Shown here: positions 47,101-48,616 of the stretch, piece after piece | Numbering within the stretch: the first letter of the stretch is position 1 | How the letters are laid out: each line of letters starts with the position of its first letter | Assembly (NCBI GenBank): GCA_001784175.1 | Contig: MFPR01000009.1 | Coordinates: 1-48,616, forward strand | DNA: 48,616 nt | Direction: 5' to 3' | Source of the DNA: Candidatus Lindowbacteria bacterium RIFCSPLOWO2_12_FULL_62_27 | GTDB lineage: Bacteria; Lindowbacteria; 2-12-FULL-62-27 | Translations under genes and position numbers: made by a program | The notes under the pieces: model-generated | The model's database searches: none | The model's input: the letters and a program-made list of their open reading frames with translations, nothing else | What the model was told of the DNA's origin: nothing

Positions 47101-48616
47101 GTCGCGGTCGTGTCGACCACGCTGTCGGAGATGGTTGAAAACGTGGATGACTTGGAGAGCTGCAGACTATAGGTTTCGGCGGTCGCCGACGCCCACTCGA
47201 ACCGCATGGCCGGCGATTGCGTCTCTGTCCCGGCGGCCGGATTCGTCAGGCTCACGGTGACAGGGACGGAGAGAGTGAATCGGAACGAATCCGATACGGT
47301 GGACCGGAAATTGCCCAGATCGTCGATCGCGCGCACGCGCCAGTAATAGGTTCCCGTCGTCAACTGGCTCGACGTGTCGTTCGTGACGCCGGCCGGGCCG
47401 GCGTCCACTGTGTCCACAAACGACAGAGGCGCGAAGGATGGACTGGCGGAAACCTCAAGCAGATAGCTGTCGATTCCCACGCTGTCGGAAACCGCATTCC
47501 ATGTGAATGTCGGAGTTGAATCGGCCGTCGCTCCGTCATTGGCCGGACTGACCAGTGTGACCGTCTCGACCGCCGTGTCTGTCACAAACCCTCGCGCCGC
47601 GGAATACGCGCCGCCGTTGCCCAGATCGTCGATCGCCCGCACGCGCCAATAATACGTGTCGTTGTACAGCCCCGTGATCGTATCGGCCGTGTTCTGCCCG
47701 TCCGTCGTGTCCGCAAACACGACCGAGACAAACGCCGTGGACTTCGACACCTCCACCGCGTAGGAATCTATCCCCACGCTGTCGGTCACGCCGCTCCAGG
47801 TCACCACGATATTGATCGCCGTCGTCTCGTGACCGCTCCCCGGCTGCGACAGGCTCGGCTGCGACACGATCGTGTCCGTGACGAATCCCCGCGACGCCGA
47901 ATACGCGCCGCCGTTGCCCAGGTCGTCGACCGCGCGAACGCGCCAAAAGTACGTGTCGTTGTACAATCCCGTCACCGTATCGCTCGCGAGCGCGCCGTCG
48001 ATCGTGTCGGTAAACGCGATGTTCGTGTAGGCCGTGTTTCTCGACACCTCCACCGCGTAGGAATCAACGCCCACGCTGTCCGATACCGCGCTCCAGCCCA
48101 CGACGACATTGTTCGCCGTCGTCTCGTGACCGTCCGCCGGCGGCGACTGGCTCGGCTGCGATACGAGCGTGTCCGTGACGAATCCCCGCGTCACGGAATA
48201 CGTTCCGCCGTTCCCCAGATCGTCGATCGCTCGAACGCGCCAATAGTACGTGTCGTTGTACAGACCCGTGATCGTATCGCTCGTGAACACGCCCCGCACC
48301 GTGTCCACAAACACGACCGAGGCAAACGCCGTGCTCTTCGATATCTCCACCGTGTAGCTGTCCACCCCAACGCTGTCCGCCGGCGCGCTCCAGATCACTT
48401 GGAAATTGATCGCCGTCGTCTCATGCCCGTCCGCAGGCTGCGACAGGCTCACCTGGCCGATCAGGGTGTCTGTCACAAAACCCCGCGCCACCGAATACTC
48501 GCCGCCATTGCCCAGATCATCGACCGCGCGCACGCGCCAATAGTATGTATCGTTGTACAGCCCCGTGATCGTATCCGCCGTGTTCGCCCCTTCTGTCGTA
48601 TCCGCAAACACGACTG
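41106..48616 (-). CDS. Giant surface protein (5' end outside the window): about 15 FN3/Ig-like repeats, 4 acidic D.DEN repeats, further Ig-like domains and a FlgD/T9SS-like C-terminal domain
   Basis: Frame is open to the window edge; recurring Y(Y/F)WRV.A.D..GN; C-terminus SFPNPANP...VTIRIYDFAGQLVREI...WDGKNGRGQTVLNGVYF. Confidence 0.9.
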   Translation of the reverse strand, partial: VVFADTTEGANTADTITGLYNDTYYWRVRAVDDLGNGGEYSVARGFVTDTLIGQVSLSQPADGHETTAINFQVIWSAPADSVGVDSYTVEISKSTAFASVVFVDTVRGVFTSDTITGLYNDTYYWRVRAIDDLGNGGTYSVTRGFVTDTLVSQPSQSPPADGHETTANNVVVGWSAVSDSVGVDSYAVEVSRNTAYTNIAFTDTIDGALASDTVTGLYNDTYFWRVRAVDDLGNGGAYSASRGFVTDTIVSQPSLSQPGSGHETTAINIVVTWSGVTDSVGIDSYAVEVSKSTAFVSVVFADTTDGQNTADTITGLYNDTYYWRVRAIDDLGNGGAYSAARGFVTDTAVETVTLVSPANDGATADSTPTFTWNAVSDSVGIDSYLLEVSASPSFAPLSFVDTVDAGPAGVTNDTSSQLTTGTYYWRVRAIDDLGNFRSTVSDSFRFTLSVPVTVSLTNPAAGTETQSPAMRFEWASATAETYSLQLSKSSTFSTISDSVVDTTATSLIRVLTHEDTYFWRVIARDTFGNYDTSAARRFLLDTSVERVSVSSPADGHETAAGTVQIAWTAVADSAGIDSYAVEASKSTAFTAAVFTDTVDGSMTSDTLTGLYNDTYFWRVRAVDDLGNVGPNSTPRGFLVDTSVAKVALTGPSNGSLTGDTTPTLSWAALSDSAGVDSFAVDISRSSGFTTHAYADTVDGTLTGHTVSPGLTADTYFWRVRAIDDLGNVGSNSDSLSFRIDTSLPSVSLASPSDGHETTAATLQFVWLGTNAETYTWQLSKTSTFDSLADGVADTTATALFRTVSQNDTYFWRVVARNSLGNFDTSSARGFLVDTFVIQVSPAAPPDGHETSAASLSVAWNLAADSMGIDSYAIEASKTSAFTTIVFADTTDGTNTTDTVTGLYNDTYYWRVRAIDDLGNVGAPSSARGFVVDTAAGQVSLAAPPDGHETTAVTINLAWGAMPDSVGIDSYAVEVSKTTAFANLTFSDTIDGAGTSDTVTGLYNDTYFWRARAIDDLGNAGQYSAARGLLSDTDVGRVQTIAPANGHETTNANVVFSWQALSDSVGIDSYVVEVSPTSSFSAMAFVDTVDAARTSDTTTLLASGTYYWRIRAVDDLGNARATVPDSSRIVIGVAVTVTAVQPADGHETTAPTLRFEWASTGGETYVWQLSKVASFAALADSVVDTRSTAVVRTLSHEDTYFWRVIARDTAGANFDTTPIRGFLLDSSAGQVTLVLPADAHETSNARVVLSWQAPADSAGLDSIAVEVARDTTYTSPVFLDTVDAALSADTVTGLYNDTFYWRARAIDKLGNVGPHSASRRWTHDSQVFQVTLSLPADAHETSNLTPVVSWVSVADSVGIDSYIVEVSRLISFETLALTDTVSGSRTQDTLSALSIYGTYYWRVRAIDRIKNIGPASDTRRFVVKTTSVVKLYEDAAYGDEVDTFLSRDAIYLEVRDSDENLDTAKPDTLTVTLYVGDHKSGEVVDTETFVLTETGDASAIFRLAAVSIVDTVAPRPNDGILSWGAGDTLHAAYVDENDSSDQVSDTALAIEIASSAALQLFENAAFTDDVDTYLTRDALYVLIQDTDENRNPQVKDTVSVTVTVGDDASGTLLDTETLVLTESTETSGTFLSGAIALTDQVVPAAGDGRLGWGSKDTIHVAYQDVSGTSESRSDTALAIEIPTTASIQFYENAVFTDGVDTVLARNDALYVEVLDTDENRDPTRKETVAVTVYVGNGSTAGGGIGILLDTESLVLTESGETTGAFRSSPIAVVDTQFPLISGDGRLAAGLGDTLHAAYQDPNTGSDAASDTALVVDSPVAGQIRLFRDTQFAAPADTFQVGDSIFVEVADADENRNPQAADTVRVVLTVASTGASGLDTQTLVLTETGETSGIFRSLGIALLETTALAAEDGILSVGPDSRILAVYQDPEGGADTKLVIVEAFRGNLRLTLSDTQPADLSIQERDTQAVARFDLSADEKESVGIRRIRVSHGGSMSASGVTAVALYRDAGTPGMLDAADTLFAAGTLSGGAADLQGDTIVLRTNDTVSILVVYQTAASLNDGDTFHVQIQSVSDLTATGGISNRTPDISGLPLTSRTVTVRSRYPAVTSVNPSNGAYVLPPPFDTALLPIRIVFNVPIDSGSADETGVRIVDENGTSRTKSVRLPDSRTIEIVAIYADTEWPAGKSFQIRVSTSIKDRDAPPDSLQAEFVSVFQILQTSQGELVTASQDGKATMKIDSGDIVPEVKSVWPQVFVPDDTNPVLQTARNVLSAHPQYQPIPAGLGKSMYDFSLKKLNPADSASLIALGQTDFLNPVDVAISIIKPTEFLEAKGAVLNASMLRMAHFKEDAGVWEILTAQLDDYGSTVTIRAPTTSFSVFAVVFAFASGTVTESFRSFPNPANPAVTYTGTSGSWQGFQFAWNMPKAGAVTIRIYDFAGQLVREIGPTAYAAGNLFGDAATLTKRTWDGKNGRGQTVLNGVYFVRAVIEYTDGSSEVAADRIMVVK

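Overview
GC-rich bacterial DNA, probably from a diderm (TolC, PorV-like barrel, lipoproteins, sigma54 activator); the lineage cannot be fixed from this window. (1) 1-5805: a minus-strand cluster of secreted proteins. One carries a signal peptide followed by a domain about 57% identical to eukaryotic ubiquitin (manual alignment), then Ig-like modules and a 72-bp tandem repeat interrupted by a TAG. The cluster is split by an IS1111-type IS110-family element whose 3' non-coding region has matches to both its target and its own end junction (bridge/seekRNA-like). (2) 5.9-28.5 kb: DUF433/DUF5615 TA pair, Rrf2 regulator, CorA, GAF-sigma54 activator with a TRAP-T transporter, histidine phosphatase, PilZ protein, GldAFG-like ABC operon with a TPR-LysM protein, a secreted WD40 protein, an RlmI-like methyltransferase, a fluoride riboswitch before a cation:proton antiporter and a c-di-AMP riboswitch before kup. 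(3) 28.5-37.2 kb: a BrnT/BrnA-like pair, then a ~8-kb tyrosine-integrase island in tRNA-Arg(CCT) bounded by a 101-bp direct repeat. The island carries a CxxC/RPP leader, czcC and czcA without czcB, a nested-hairpin non-coding region and an XRE/toxin/Zn-finger module. (4) 37.3-48.6 kb: a PorV-like barrel fused to TPRs and the 3' part of a giant D-S/T-rich repeat protein with a T9SS-like C-terminal domain. All family assignments come from visual motif recognition; no database searches were run.
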